A DNA stretch of 36,678 bases from a virus: positions 1 to 36,678 of the IMG/VR virus record IMGVR_UViG_3300045988_058288; one strand, 5' to 3'. Made by a program: the position numbers and the translations under genes. Shown piece after piece: positions 23,986 to 32,882 of this stretch. Below the pieces are notes generated by a model. That model did no database searches. It had not been told where the DNA came from and worked only from the letters and a program-made list of their open reading frames with translations. Every line of letters starts with the position of its first letter. Position 1 is the first letter of the stretch.

Positions 23986-24250
23986 AAATAAATTTATCTC
24001 CTAATTCTTCCATTTGTTTTTGAATAGCTAATATCTCTTTGATACTTAAAATATATGGGCAACATCCACCTTTTGGACCAAAGTAAATAGAACAATATGA
24101 TTTATCCTTTAAATCGAACTGTATGCAACATGAACCAATTCCACTAGGCTTTTTGTATACAATAAACTGTTCATTTTGCAAATCCTGTTTTTCATAGCCT
24201 AATCTTTTGAACATTCCTTTAGCAGTTATTTTCATTTTGATTTTCCTCAT
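23963..24250 (-). CDS. Small hypothetical protein, paralog 1
   Basis: Pattern MFKRLGYEK...CIQFDLKDK...QKQMEELG. Confidence 0.5.
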   Translation of the reverse strand: MRKIKMKITAKGMFKRLGYEKQDLQNEQFIVYKKPSGIGSCCIQFDLKDKSYCSIYFGPKGGCCPYILSIKEILAIQKQMEELGDKFIYECKRNV

Positions 24251-24602
24251 ATGGCTTTGGTAATTGTCTCCAAGCTAAATCTTCTATTTCAATTCCACTG
24301 AAAAGCTCATATCCTTCATCTGCTTCACGCCAAGTATCTTGCCATACGCTATCACCATCAGACACAAGTATTTCTTCATCAACATCAGGCAACTCACAAT
24401 TAAGTACACCTTCTTCATCAAAAGTGAACGGAATCCATTCAAATGAATCTACTTTGTCAACTAATTCTTGCAATGTTCCACATGCGTTAGAATAAAAATC
24501 TTGCAAATACCTCTGAGTGTAATATCCATCACCACTTTCATCTAACACTATGTTTCTGATTTTGTTTAAAGCTTCTTGATATTTATTCATTTTCATCTTC
24601 AT
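24219..24602 (-). CDS. Hypothetical acidic protein
   Basis: ORF track, 127 aa. Confidence 0.5.
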   Translation of the reverse strand: MKMKMNKYQEALNKIRNIVLDESGDGYYTQRYLQDFYSNACGTLQELVDKVDSFEWIPFTFDEEGVLNCELPDVDEEILVSDGDSVWQDTWREADEGYELFSGIEIEDLAWRQLPKPYEENQNENNC

Positions 24603-24891
24603 TCTCTCCCTCTAACTTCTGCCCACAAAAAGGACAACGAGGATATAACTTTCCATCAGTTCTTGTTGCAATAATAATTCCGCCCTCTCCGCAATTTGGA
24701 CACACTAGATGGTAATCTCCGAAAATATCATCTTGTATTACTACAGGTTTCTTTGGCGTTTCTTTATCCGTAAGGTCTGCCAAAAATTCAAAATATACCT
24801 TGTCACGAGCAGTCTCTTCTATCATTGCTTTTCCACACACAAATTTATAATCTTTTTCAAGAACTTGTAACATTTTTTGATATTCATTCAT
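24583..24891 (-). CDS. Hypothetical zinc-ribbon protein
   Basis: Contains CPNCGEGG...CPFCGQ motifs. Confidence 0.5.
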   Translation of the reverse strand: MNEYQKMLQVLEKDYKFVCGKAMIEETARDKVYFEFLADLTDKETPKKPVVIQDDIFGDYHLVCPNCGEGGIIIATRTDGKLYPRCPFCGQKLEGENEDENE

Positions 24892-24917
24892 ACGCTTTTA
24901 TCTCCCTCTTTAAATCA

Positions 24918-25196
24918 TCAATAGAGTTGATACTCATATGCCTTTATCTCCCTTTTTAAATCGTCAATGGCTTTCTTAACATCCTTTAAATCCATATCAA
25001 AGTTACTAACTAAATCTGCCATACGATTGTTAGAATAGCTCTGTAAAGCCGATTCTAGCGTTGTATGGTATGAGATAGGCTTTTGTGCGTCTATCTCATT
25101 TCCTTCTTTATCCTTACCCTTTACGAACGTTACAAGGGCGAATGAACCACCGTTAGAAGTGATTGCATAATTATTTTGTAATCTAATCATTTTCAT
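24918..25196 (-). CDS. Hypothetical protein
   Basis: ORF track, 92 aa. Confidence 0.5.
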   Translation of the reverse strand: MKMIRLQNNYAITSNGGSFALVTFVKGKDKEGNEIDAQKPISYHTTLESALQSYSNNRMADLVSNFDMDLKDVKKAIDDLKREIKAYEYQLY

Positions 25197-25203
25197 TCTC
25201 CTT

Positions 25204-25509
25204 TTAACTCATTAATTTATTTTTGTAACGATTATCCAATTCTTCCATAACATGCTTTCCACCATATAGTTTCGATGCGTAAATAATGTAGTCTAATTCA
25301 TCTAGCATACTGTTCATCAAGTCTTTATTGGTACAGACAAATTTAATATTATTTTGCAAAGATAAATAAGTTTGCTCAATTTGTTTATCGATTTCAGAAG
25401 CACTGCTTTTATCTAATCTGATAAAAGTATTTATTTTTATGGAATCTTCTCTTTGCTTTTTTCTTTCCTTTTCTAAGCTTTTTTTCAATTCTTTGTTATT
25501 CATTTTCAA
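25204..25509 (-). CDS. Hypothetical protein
   Basis: ORF track, 101 aa. Confidence 0.5.
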   Translation of the reverse strand: MKMNNKELKKSLEKERKKQREDSIKINTFIRLDKSSASEIDKQIEQTYLSLQNNIKFVCTNKDLMNSMLDELDYIIYASKLYGGKHVMEELDNRYKNKLMS

Positions 25510-25741
25510 TCTCCTTTTTTATCAATTTCAATTCATTCATAAAATATTCCATTCTATGAATTTCTTTTTCACGATGGTCTATTCTTTGGGCTAAATCAGT
25601 GTATTTATCTTCTATACTAACTAACGAATCTTTTAAGATTTTAGTTTTCAATTCCTCAAGCTCTTCATCTCTGAATTTATTTTCCATTCTAATTCTTGCT
25701 TGATAGACGATGATTAATTCATCAATTCTTTCTTCAATCAT
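25496..25741 (-). CDS. Hypothetical coiled-coil protein
   Basis: ORF track, 81 aa. Confidence 0.5.
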   Translation of the reverse strand: MIEERIDELIIVYQARIRMENKFRDEELEELKTKILKDSLVSIEDKYTDLAQRIDHREKEIHRMEYFMNELKLIKKEIENE

Positions 25742-25994
25742 TGTTTGCCTCTCTAATACAATTTAAATTGAGTAAAAATTCTTTCTTCAAAACGATTTGG
25801 TTTGCATTTCTTTCTACAATTTTGTGCAAACTACATATTCTGCTATTATCAACTTCTGATAAGCAGTCAGATTCTTTTAAAACATTCTCCAACTCATCTT
25901 TATACTTTTTTAGACATTCTGTGTCATCTTCAATTTCTATAGTGTACATTTCAATTAAAGATTCAAGTCCTTCTTCAATCCTTGTTTTAATCAT
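25734..25994 (-). CDS. Hypothetical protein
   Basis: ORF track, 86 aa. Confidence 0.5.
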   Translation of the reverse strand: MIKTRIEEGLESLIEMYTIEIEDDTECLKKYKDELENVLKESDCLSEVDNSRICSLHKIVERNANQIVLKKEFLLNLNCIREANND

Positions 25995-26224
25995 TGTTCT
26001 TGCTCCTTTAGCTTTTTAACAAACTCATCAACATATTTTTTGTTTTGTACCGCTTTCTTTAGTTTCCTTAAATTTGCGTTTTGCTTTTTTCTCAGTTTCT
26101 TCATAAGTAATTCTTGTTCTTTTTTTGAATCATCCTCAAGCATTTGTCTAAATTGTTCTTTAACCTTTTTTTTATACTCTTCTTCTGTGAATCTGTTTTT
26201 TTCTAATAATTCTTTTTCTTCCAT
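25991..26224 (-). CDS. Hypothetical K/E-rich protein
   Basis: ORF track, 77 aa. Confidence 0.5.
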   Translation of the reverse strand: MEEKELLEKNRFTEEEYKKKVKEQFRQMLEDDSKKEQELLMKKLRKKQNANLRKLKKAVQNKKYVDEFVKKLKEQEQ

Positions 26225-26395
26225 TTAAAAATCATCCTCCTCATTTGAATCATCATTGTACATATCTTCAATTGATTCAATTAAGTTATTTACGAGATTT
26301 TCGTATTCCTCTTTTGACATAGCTTCAATATTGTCATTGAATGTTATTAAAAGATTGTATTTTTTTCTAATTTCTTTGAATTCATCAAACGTCAT
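26225..26395 (-). CDS. Small acidic hypothetical protein (56 aa)
   Basis: Not in the ORF track. Encodes MTFDEFKEIRKKYNLLITFNDNIEAMSKEEYENLVNNLIESIEDMYNDDSNEEDDF. It has an ATGA overlap with the upstream stop and fills an otherwise unexplained gap. Confidence 0.45.
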   Translation of the reverse strand: MTFDEFKEIRKKYNLLITFNDNIEAMSKEEYENLVNNLIESIEDMYNDDSNEEDDF

Positions 26396-26631
26396 AATTT
26401 CACATCCTCATCTTGTGGCATTTGGAATGTTTCACAGTATGAACATTCGTGCCATTCTTGAATATCGTTTAAAACTGCTAAAGCTTTATATTTAGTAGTA
26501 TATGTACCTAAATTAACGCTTATACCACTTTTGCCACTTAATGTAATCACTGCATATTTAACGCCGTGTTCTTCAATTGCGAAAAAGTCGCAATCCATTA
26601 AAATTTTTCCATCTTGGCTTCTAATCCACAT
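26392..26631 (-). CDS. Hypothetical protein
   Basis: ORF track, 79 aa. Confidence 0.5.
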   Translation of the reverse strand: MWIRSQDGKILMDCDFFAIEEHGVKYAVITLSGKSGISVNLGTYTTKYKALAVLNDIQEWHECSYCETFQMPQDEDVKL

Positions 26632-26633
26632 GC

Positions 26634-27149
26634 CTAGTACCCACTTTCTAGTCTTTGATAATTCACTTTGTTCTTGTCACAATAAGCGTCATATACTTGT
26701 TTAATTGTGAATCCTATGTATTCAGTGATTGCAATTAATACCGGAATAATTGAACTTTCAAAAATAACTAAACGAGTTAATACTTTAGACAGATTACTTT
26801 TTTTAGTTCTTAACCGTTTTAACATTCCATTCGATAGTTCTTCCTCGTTTAAATAACTTAATCGTGCTTCTTCTCCGAAATTAAAATGATTCTGATAACT
26901 TAACACGAAATGCCAAATGTCTACTAACTCTCCTAGAACCTTATCATTATCAACAGGAGCTTGTGTCCTTTTCCACCAACACCAATTCCCTTTTAATTCG
27001 TGTGTTAATTCTCCCACTTCATCAAGGATTGCCATTCTTAAATTCTCTTCATCAATTTCAGTTAATCCGTATTCCTTCATAATTGCTTCATCTAGCTTTT
27101 CCTGCATTTGAAGCATTTCTTTAATTAATTCATATTCTTTGCTTGTCAT
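26634..27149 (-). CDS. Dimeric (all-alpha) dUTPase-family protein
   Basis: The segment LDEVGELTHELKGNWCWWK...LGELVDIWHFVLS resembles the dUTPase_2 / MazG-like fold. This call is from recall only. Confidence 0.55.
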   Translation of the reverse strand: MTSKEYELIKEMLQMQEKLDEAIMKEYGLTEIDEENLRMAILDEVGELTHELKGNWCWWKRTQAPVDNDKVLGELVDIWHFVLSYQNHFNFGEEARLSYLNEEELSNGMLKRLRTKKSNLSKVLTRLVIFESSIIPVLIAITEYIGFTIKQVYDAYCDKNKVNYQRLESGY

Positions 27150-27162
27150 TTGTTATCTCCTT

Positions 27163-27420
27163 TTATAATTCAACATTTTCAATCAATGCTCTTTTTTCGA
27201 GGATTGATAAATATAATCCCATGTACCTTTTCTGCTCCCTTAGTAATTCAAGTGGGCAATCATGCTTAGTTACTTCTTTCCCAAGCATTTCTTCAACTTC
27301 AATTTTGTTGCAGAAATTCTTCAATTTCTCATATCTGATTTTTACTTGGCGATATTCTGCTACAAATCTTTCTTTGTAATCGCTTGAACACATTAATTCA
27401 ATTGTTTCTTTTAATTCCAT
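27163..27420 (-). CDS. Hypothetical conserved phage protein
   Basis: 85 aa with the motif SSDYKERFVAEYRQ. Confidence 0.5.
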   Translation of the reverse strand: MELKETIELMCSSDYKERFVAEYRQVKIRYEKLKNFCNKIEVEEMLGKEVTKHDCPLELLREQKRYMGLYLSILEKRALIENVEL

Positions 27421-27457
27421 GTTGTTTTTCTCCTTTTTCTAACATCATTTAATCCAT

Positions 27458-27715
27458 TTATTTCACTTCATCAAAGTCCGAATAATATTCAACGCTTACG
27501 ACTTCACCGTGCTTCGTTTGTAATTCTATTATTCTTTTTTCTAGCTCTTTGTTTTGATATTCAAGCGTTCTGATTCTTCTTCTGTATTCTTCGTATTTAA
27601 AAATACATTTACAAGCTTTATCCTGTTCTTCTTGAATCCTTTTTCCTACCATTAGGCTATATAGAAGAAGTGTTGCACCACTTCCACATATAGCTCCACA
27701 AATCCAATTAATCAT
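27458..27715 (-). CDS. Hypothetical membrane-anchored coiled-coil protein
   Basis: N-terminal TM segment followed by a coiled coil. Confidence 0.5.
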   Translation of the reverse strand: MINWICGAICGSGATLLLYSLMVGKRIQEEQDKACKCIFKYEEYRRRIRTLEYQNKELEKRIIELQTKHGEVVSVEYYSDFDEVK

Positions 27716-27724
27716 TTGTTCACC

Positions 27725-28429
27725 TCAAAATAATCTCTTTTCTTCTATTCTTTTTAACCTGTAGCCTATCCTTCTATATTCCTCATATACAGGCTTCCAT
27801 ATCAATTCGCATTGCTTACGTTCGTTTGGAAGATATTTTTCCATGACTTCCAACTCATCCTGTAGATGTATTGCAAATGGGCATCCTTTACAACCTGTCC
27901 TTTTAAAATTGTATGGTGGATAGTAAAGCTTGCATAATTTAATGTTTCTTTCTTTTACGTACCATTCCATCCAATCATCATTCAAAGGATTTAAAGGCTT
28001 GAATTTAACAACTTTATTATTTTTGGTTAAAATACATCCTTCGTGCATTGACCTAATTCCACCCTCGGCTTGTCGAGTACCAATAATTGCAATTCCCCTT
28101 TTATTTTCTTCTTCCCATTTATGTAATGGCTTTTTCTTCAACTCATTACAACAATTTGGACTTAAAGGAATATTGAAATCTTTTGAAAATTGGTATTTCA
28201 GTATGTTTGGACATTTAAATTTTGCGGATGCTTCTACTCCACTTGCCTTTACACCTTCATAATAATTTCTGTTTGATTTTTCAAAATCGCCTTTTAATTG
28301 AAATATCCGCACCTGTTCCGCATGAAATTTTGATTTAAAAGGATAGCCTTTTTCTTTTAACATTTGCGGAATGTTCACTTTTGAATTTACAATGACAAAT
28401 CTAAAATCATTTTCTGTCATTTGATTCAC
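27725..28429 (-). CDS. PAPS-reductase-family-like protein lacking a recognisable PP-loop
   Basis: Contains NCCNELKKKPL and GTRQAEGG motifs and a C-terminal CKGCPF. No SGGKDS-type N-terminal motif is visible. Confidence 0.5.
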   Translation of the reverse strand: MNQMTENDFRFVIVNSKVNIPQMLKEKGYPFKSKFHAEQVRIFQLKGDFEKSNRNYYEGVKASGVEASAKFKCPNILKYQFSKDFNIPLSPNCCNELKKKPLHKWEEENKRGIAIIGTRQAEGGIRSMHEGCILTKNNKVVKFKPLNPLNDDWMEWYVKERNIKLCKLYYPPYNFKRTGCKGCPFAIHLQDELEVMEKYLPNERKQCELIWKPVYEEYRRIGYRLKRIEEKRLF

Positions 28430-28432
28430 TTT

Positions 28433-29197
28433 CTATGCTCCAAATAGTTGTGCTCTAAGCCTGTTAAATTCATCTTGTACTTCTTTATCTGTTTTTGTGT
28501 TTTGCTCTGCATAAAACTTTGAATCAAGTGTGATAGGCTTATCTTTATTTCTTTTCATCCATTCATCATGAACCCATTTCTGAATCACTAGTGAATGATT
28601 CTTGTATTTCTTTCCACTCGTTTCAATGTACTCATCCAAAATCTTTATATGCTCATCTAATGAATCGCCATATAAATCTAATAGGTGTGTGTGTTCTTTA
28701 TCTGTTAATAGAACGTGTTGATATTCACCGTATTTGTGTTTGGGTGTATATATATCTTTTTTATTATTAAATTTATTATTAATAACTTTATTATTATCCT
28801 TAACATTTTCGTTTATAGGGGTATTAACATTTTTGTATACACCCTCTAAATCTTTTTGTATATACCTATTAACATTTTCGTTTATAGGGGTATTAACAAT
28901 ATACAAATGTCTTCCGATAATTTCTTTTGTTCCTTCTTTATATAGTGTTTCTACTGAAATATATCCTTTTCTATTAAGAGTGCTAATCCATCTACTTACT
29001 GTAATTTTAGAAACTTTATATAAATCTGCGAAATATTGATTTGTTGCCCAACAATATCCTTTTTCATTACATAACGAAGTTATTTCTCCGTATAACAGTT
29101 TTGCATTTGGTGGAAGTTCTTCATCGTATCGGACATTTGCAGGTATGATTGCAAAGTACGATTTTTTAGGTTCTGATATTCTAATCACCTCCACCAA
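28433..29197 (-). CDS. Replication initiator / replisome organizer (N-terminal wHTH, DnaD-like C-terminal region)
   Basis: N-terminus: YFAIIPANVRYDEELPPNAKLLYGEITSLC...ISRWISTLNRKGYI. C-terminus: KHKYGEYQHVLLTDKEHTHLLDLYG...GKKYKNHSLVIQKW. Confidence 0.6.
   Translation of the reverse strand: MVEVIRISEPKKSYFAIIPANVRYDEELPPNAKLLYGEITSLCNEKGYCWATNQYFADLYKVSKITVSRWISTLNRKGYISVETLYKEGTKEIIGRHLYIVNTPINENVNRYIQKDLEGVYKNVNTPINENVKDNNKVINNKFNNKKDIYTPKHKYGEYQHVLLTDKEHTHLLDLYGDSLDEHIKILDEYIETSGKKYKNHSLVIQKWVHDEWMKRNKDKPITLDSKFYAEQNTKTDKEVQDEFNRLRAQLFGA
28800..28898. repeat. Two perfect 30-bp direct repeats (candidate origin iterons) inside the initiator gene
   Basis: TTAACATTTTCGTTTATAGGGGTATTAACA occurs at 28800-28829 and 28869-28898. 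Each copy encodes NTPINENV in the protein. An AT-rich tract lies adjacent at 28750-28799. Confidence 0.6.
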
Positions 29198-29528
29198 GCA
29201 CTACGACTTGCTTTAGAATTTCATCAATGATTTTGTCGGTGTATTTTAGATATTCTATAAATTGCGTATCGCTTATATATCCTTCTTCTTCAAGCCCTCT
29301 GTAAATACATATAACTCTTACTTCATTTAATTTCTCACGTGTATACGAGCAGATTGTTTTAGCTCTTAATATAAACTGTTTCGTTATCTGTCTGAATGTT
29401 TCTGCTTCGTTAAATAAATCATTTGCGCTTGCGTTTTCATTTCGCTCATCTGCAATTTTGTAAAAATTCTCTATATTATCAAAATAAATTTGCTTTGCTA
29501 CGTTTACTACCATTTCTTGCTCTCTCAT
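29181..29528 (-). CDS. Hypothetical protein
   Basis: ORF track, 115 aa. Confidence 0.5.
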   Translation of the reverse strand: MREQEMVVNVAKQIYFDNIENFYKIADERNENASANDLFNEAETFRQITKQFILRAKTICSYTREKLNEVRVICIYRGLEEEGYISDTQFIEYLKYTDKIIDEILKQVVVLGGGD

Positions 29529-29917
29529 AATATTTCTACCTCTATCCTTGGATTCTCCTTATCTGTAAATACTGAATGATTCACTTGATTAATGTATTTC
29601 CTTGAATCATCCTCTAATATTCCTGTTCTAACTAATGAATCTTGAATGAATTTAGTTGCAAATGTGATATTGTCTATATCCCTTCTATTGTCTTGTTCAT
29701 ACCAATTAATATTTAATTTAATTGGGTAGTTCTTAACTTCGTATACCTCACCGAAATTTACTGCCTGTAAGATATAAGCCATTACAAGACGCTCATTCTT
29801 TTTCACCATTTCTGCTCCCTTGTAACGATTTGCACGGCAAGCTCTAATATATTCATTCAATCCATCTAGTTTTCCTTTAATTACAAACTTTATTTTTCTC
29901 ACCCTTGATTCCTTCAT
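29525..29917 (-). CDS. rusA: RusA-family Holliday junction resolvase
   Basis: 130 aa. The segment RRDIDNITFATKFIQDSLVRTGILEDDS matches the RusA acidic catalytic motif pattern. Confidence 0.7.
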   Translation of the reverse strand: MKESRVRKIKFVIKGKLDGLNEYIRACRANRYKGAEMVKKNERLVMAYILQAVNFGEVYEVKNYPIKLNINWYEQDNRRDIDNITFATKFIQDSLVRTGILEDDSRKYINQVNHSVFTDKENPRIEVEIL

Positions 29918-30428
29918 CTAAGTAATATTGAGTACTGATTCCTAATTGTTCTGCATAATCTAGTATGCAATCAATTAAATTTCCCATTTCTTTTGTACTC
30001 ATCCGTGAACTACCTATAAATACTCTACATTTTATAAATTCTTTTCCGTTTTCTCTTGTTTCTGTACCTAACGCCTGTACTGCTCTAACTCCATGCGCAA
30101 CACATAAATCGTTGTAGCCTTCTTTAACGACTAAAACATATGTATATTTTTGCTTTGCCATTCTCAAGAACTCGCAGTACATATCCCACGTATCTCTATG
30201 GCTTGCGTTTTCATTGCTACATATATCTCCGATTAAGCCCCACATAAGGTCATTTTGTTTAAGTGTACGTAAATGCTTAACCGAATCTATAATTACGCTA
30301 TATTCCCCTTTTTCGAGTGTCTGAGCATATGATTCGTATATTGGCTTAGTTAATTCAAATGTTATTTCTAGGTTTCCATCTTCGTTTCTTGATTTACGAA
30401 TGAAGTTACCTATCAACTTTGTTTTCAA
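29877..30428 (-). CDS. NinB/Orf-family recombination mediator
   Basis: RTLKQNDLMWGLIGDI parallels lambda Orf RSLDQNRKLWACLGDV, and IGSSRMSTKEMGNLIDCILDYAEQLGI parallels GQSTSRMRVGEFAELLELIQAFG. Confidence 0.65.
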   Translation of the reverse strand: MKTKLIGNFIRKSRNEDGNLEITFELTKPIYESYAQTLEKGEYSVIIDSVKHLRTLKQNDLMWGLIGDICSNENASHRDTWDMYCEFLRMAKQKYTYVLVVKEGYNDLCVAHGVRAVQALGTETRENGKEFIKCRVFIGSSRMSTKEMGNLIDCILDYAEQLGISTQYYLDEGIKGEKNKVCN

Positions 30429-30655
30429 AATCTAATTTGCTCCATTTCTTCAAATTTCTGAAGTCTGAACAATTCTTTTTGCTCTTCTGTGATTCCTAGT
30501 TCTTTCATTCTATTAACATCTGTCCAAGAATCTTGATATGGATTAAAATTCTCATCCATGATGTAATTCTCTAATTCTTCAATTCTTTTAGCTTGAGAAT
30601 AATAGACTTCTCTAGGATATGATTCTTGATTCGTGATAACATTGTATGAATGCAT
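30425..30655 (-). CDS. Hypothetical protein
   Basis: ORF track, 76 aa. Confidence 0.5.
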   Translation of the reverse strand: MHSYNVITNQESYPREVYYSQAKRIEELENYIMDENFNPYQDSWTDVNRMKELGITEEQKELFRLQKFEEMEQIRF

Positions 30656-30664
30656 ATTTACCTC

Positions 30665-30961
30665 CTACAAATAATTCTTATGAAATATCTTCATAAATTC
30701 ATTTCTTGTGTGTTCTTCTTCAAACGCCTGCTGGCATTCCTTTTTAAGTTTCATGTCTAATTTGTGATTGAAATGTACTCCTTCACTGCTCATGTTATGG
30801 TGCTTTGCACACAATCTTACATAACACCCATGTTCAATTGATTTCTTTCTGTTCGCAGTGCCGAAATATATTTCATGTGTATGTAAATTTAAAGTTGAAC
30901 CACATACATAACATTTAGACATGTCTTTTTGCAAAATTGACTTATCTCGTTTTATTTCCAA
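30665..30961 (-). CDS. Cys/His-rich protein (HNH / NinG-like, uncertain)
   Basis: Contains the pattern CYVCGS...HTHEI...LCAKHHN. Confidence 0.35.
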   Translation of the reverse strand: MEIKRDKSILQKDMSKCYVCGSTLNLHTHEIYFGTANRKKSIEHGCYVRLCAKHHNMSSEGVHFNHKLDMKLKKECQQAFEEEHTRNEFMKIFHKNYL

Positions 30962-31257
30962 GTTACCTTAACACTAGATTTAACTTGTGTTTCCTTTGCT
31001 AATTGGTGCATAAGACCTAATTCGTTCACTAATTTTGTATCAATAGTTGTTCTTGTGTATGGTTCTACATATGCAATTTTCACAACATCATTTTCAAATG
31101 ATTTGATACCGTTCTTTTCCATAGCTTCTAAGATATTTTTCTTAATATCTTTTTCTAATTTATCCATTTCTTTTTTGTATTCTTGAAATGATTTCAATTT
31201 GTTCAGTGCTTCCTTTTGAATTTCAATTTGTCCATTTGTTACGTTTACTAATTCCAT
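30952..31257 (-). CDS. Hypothetical protein
   Basis: The true start is probably ATG 31255-31257 (GGAGG plus 8 nt), giving MELVNVTNGQ... The track's longer start overlaps the sak-like gene. Confidence 0.5.
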   Translation of the reverse strand: MELVNVTNGQIEIQKEALNKLKSFQEYKKEMDKLEKDIKKNILEAMEKNGIKSFENDVVKIAYVEPYTRTTIDTKLVNELGLMHQLAKETQVKSSVKVTWK

Positions 31258-31270
31258 TTTTCTTTCCTCC

Positions 31271-31930
31271 TTACGCTTTTGCGTTTTCCTTGTAAATATC
31301 ACCGTATGCCTTGAGTAATCCAACTAGATTGTTTCCATTTAGATTTGCAATGTCTTGTGATGTGATTTTATATTCGGCTTTCAAATGCTCACAAAATTCT
31401 TCTGAATGTGTATCGATACCTAGTTTTTGAAGTGCATTTTGTGCCTTAAAACATCTCATTTTGATTTCTTCAAGCTTCTTTTCTACCGCTTGTTCTTTTT
31501 CCTTTTTCTGTTGTTCAATCTTTTCTTCTTCCGGTAAATCTTCACCCGCATAGATGTATAAACCTAAACCATGGCGAGCGATTGCTTTTGTTAAGCTTCT
31601 TTGAATTGCTTTATTCACATCAAATGATGTTAGCTTATCAAGTGTAATTGATTTGTTTTTGTAATCCATTACTGGTAATTCTTCAATGTGTTCTAGTCCC
31701 TCAATGGTTACACTTGTCTTAACCCAAGCAGTGCGACCATCTGTAAAGTAATTAATAGGTCCGTAATCTGTTCCACGTTCATAAATCTTATATTGTGCGT
31801 TTGGATATTTCTTTTTAACCTCACCCCATGCAAATGCCCAAGATAAATAACTTAATCCATTTTTAGATTCCACTTTGTCTTGAACATTAATACTATTCAA
31901 TGTTTCAAATACTGATTTCTTTTCTTCCAT
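31271..31930 (-). CDS. Sak / Rad52-like single-strand annealing protein (DUF1071-type)
   Basis: The segment GLSYLSWAFAWGEVKKKYPNAQY...TAWVKTSVTIEG is typical of the Sak family. Confidence 0.7.
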   Translation of the reverse strand: MEEKKSVFETLNSINVQDKVESKNGLSYLSWAFAWGEVKKKYPNAQYKIYERGTDYGPINYFTDGRTAWVKTSVTIEGLEHIEELPVMDYKNKSITLDKLTSFDVNKAIQRSLTKAIARHGLGLYIYAGEDLPEEEKIEQQKKEKEQAVEKKLEEIKMRCFKAQNALQKLGIDTHSEEFCEHLKAEYKITSQDIANLNGNNLVGLLKAYGDIYKENAKA

Positions 31931-32029
31931 CTTCCGTTTTCCTCCTTTATCTGCTATAATGTATGTGTTCTTAATTTAAGAACGTCATTTCTTGTGTGTG
32001 CGTGCTTTGTCGAGTGCGCACCTCTTTTT

Positions 32030-32260
32030 TTATTGAAATAACATTGCATACGTTTTACCAAAACATGAAATAGTCATTAATAGAATCATAATTGTTGCGA
32101 ATAACAGAATATTCACACAAGTTGTGATTCTTTTTTGATACCTTTTTTCTCTGCGTATCTCTTTTTCTTCCTTGCTTAAATATCTTCTTTTTGGATTAAA
32201 TGGATAAATACTCAACTCCATATCATCCTCTTGAATTGCGTCCATTCTAATTTGTTCCAT
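32030..32260 (-). CDS. Hypothetical membrane protein
   Basis: 76 aa with a C-terminal TM segment. Confidence 0.45.
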   Translation of the reverse strand: MEQIRMDAIQEDDMELSIYPFNPKRRYLSKEEKEIRREKRYQKRITTCVNILLFATIMILLMTISCFGKTYAMLFQ

Positions 32261-32264
32261 TTCC

Positions 32265-32543
32265 TTATCTCCTAAATGATTTTCTAAACTCCGGACAACA
32301 TTTTAAGAATGTTTCTGTTGGAATTACATTTTGTGACACGTTCTTATAAATAAATGTGTCTTTCCAATCAATTCCGTTATCCTTTGCATATTGCTCACGA
32401 ACTGATTTCATCACTTTATGTGCATTATTTCGTTGCCCTCCTGTTGATAAATCACCCCATTCAAACAATGAAATTAAGTCATCTTTATCTAATAAGGCTT
32501 TGTAATTAATAATCACACGCATACACCTCCATTCTAGATTCAC
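32265..32543 (-). CDS. Hypothetical protein
   Basis: ORF track. The real start is probably a few codons internal, near GGAGGTG. Confidence 0.45.
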   Translation of the reverse strand: MNLEWRCMRVIINYKALLDKDDLISLFEWGDLSTGGQRNNAHKVMKSVREQYAKDNGIDWKDTFIYKNVSQNVIPTETFLKCCPEFRKSFRR

Positions 32544-32709
32544 AAGTATTGATTTTATTCACTTCATCCAAATCTCTAACATTCAATTGATTCGCAATTT
32601 CTTGCGCTTCAACTTCATCATGTGCTTCAACTTCGAATGTGACATTTGCAGTCACATCGAAGGTTACATGATACGTTCTAGTCACGTTTCTCACCTCTTT
32701 TCGATTCAT
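32506..32709 (-). CDS. Hypothetical protein
   Basis: ORF track, 67 aa. Confidence 0.45.
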   Translation of the reverse strand: MNRKEVRNVTRTYHVTFDVTANVTFEVEAHDEVEAQEIANQLNVRDLDEVNKINTCESRMEVYACDY

Positions 32710-32833
32710 CTAAGATACAAGCGATATATCCTTGATAAAATTCCGAAAGTTCATAGCCTTTCTTTTTTAATTCGCTTAAGGCTTCAAAAATTCTTTTGTC
32801 TAGTATTGTTTCACCTCCATAACCTGTCATCAT
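32678..32833 (-). CDS. Small hypothetical ORF (51 aa from ATG; start ambiguous)
   Basis: Not in the ORF track. Encodes MMTGYGGETILDKRIFEALSELKKKGYELSEFYQGYIACILDESKRGEKRD. The ATG-ATG pair has no Shine-Dalgarno. An in-frame ATA follows GGAGGTG by 5 nt. Confidence 0.3.
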   Translation of the reverse strand: MMTGYGGETILDKRIFEALSELKKKGYELSEFYQGYIACILDESKRGEKRD

Positions 32834-32882
32834 CAGTGCTAGTAGGTCAACTCTAGCAGATAAGCCTTTCGGCTTATTTCGA

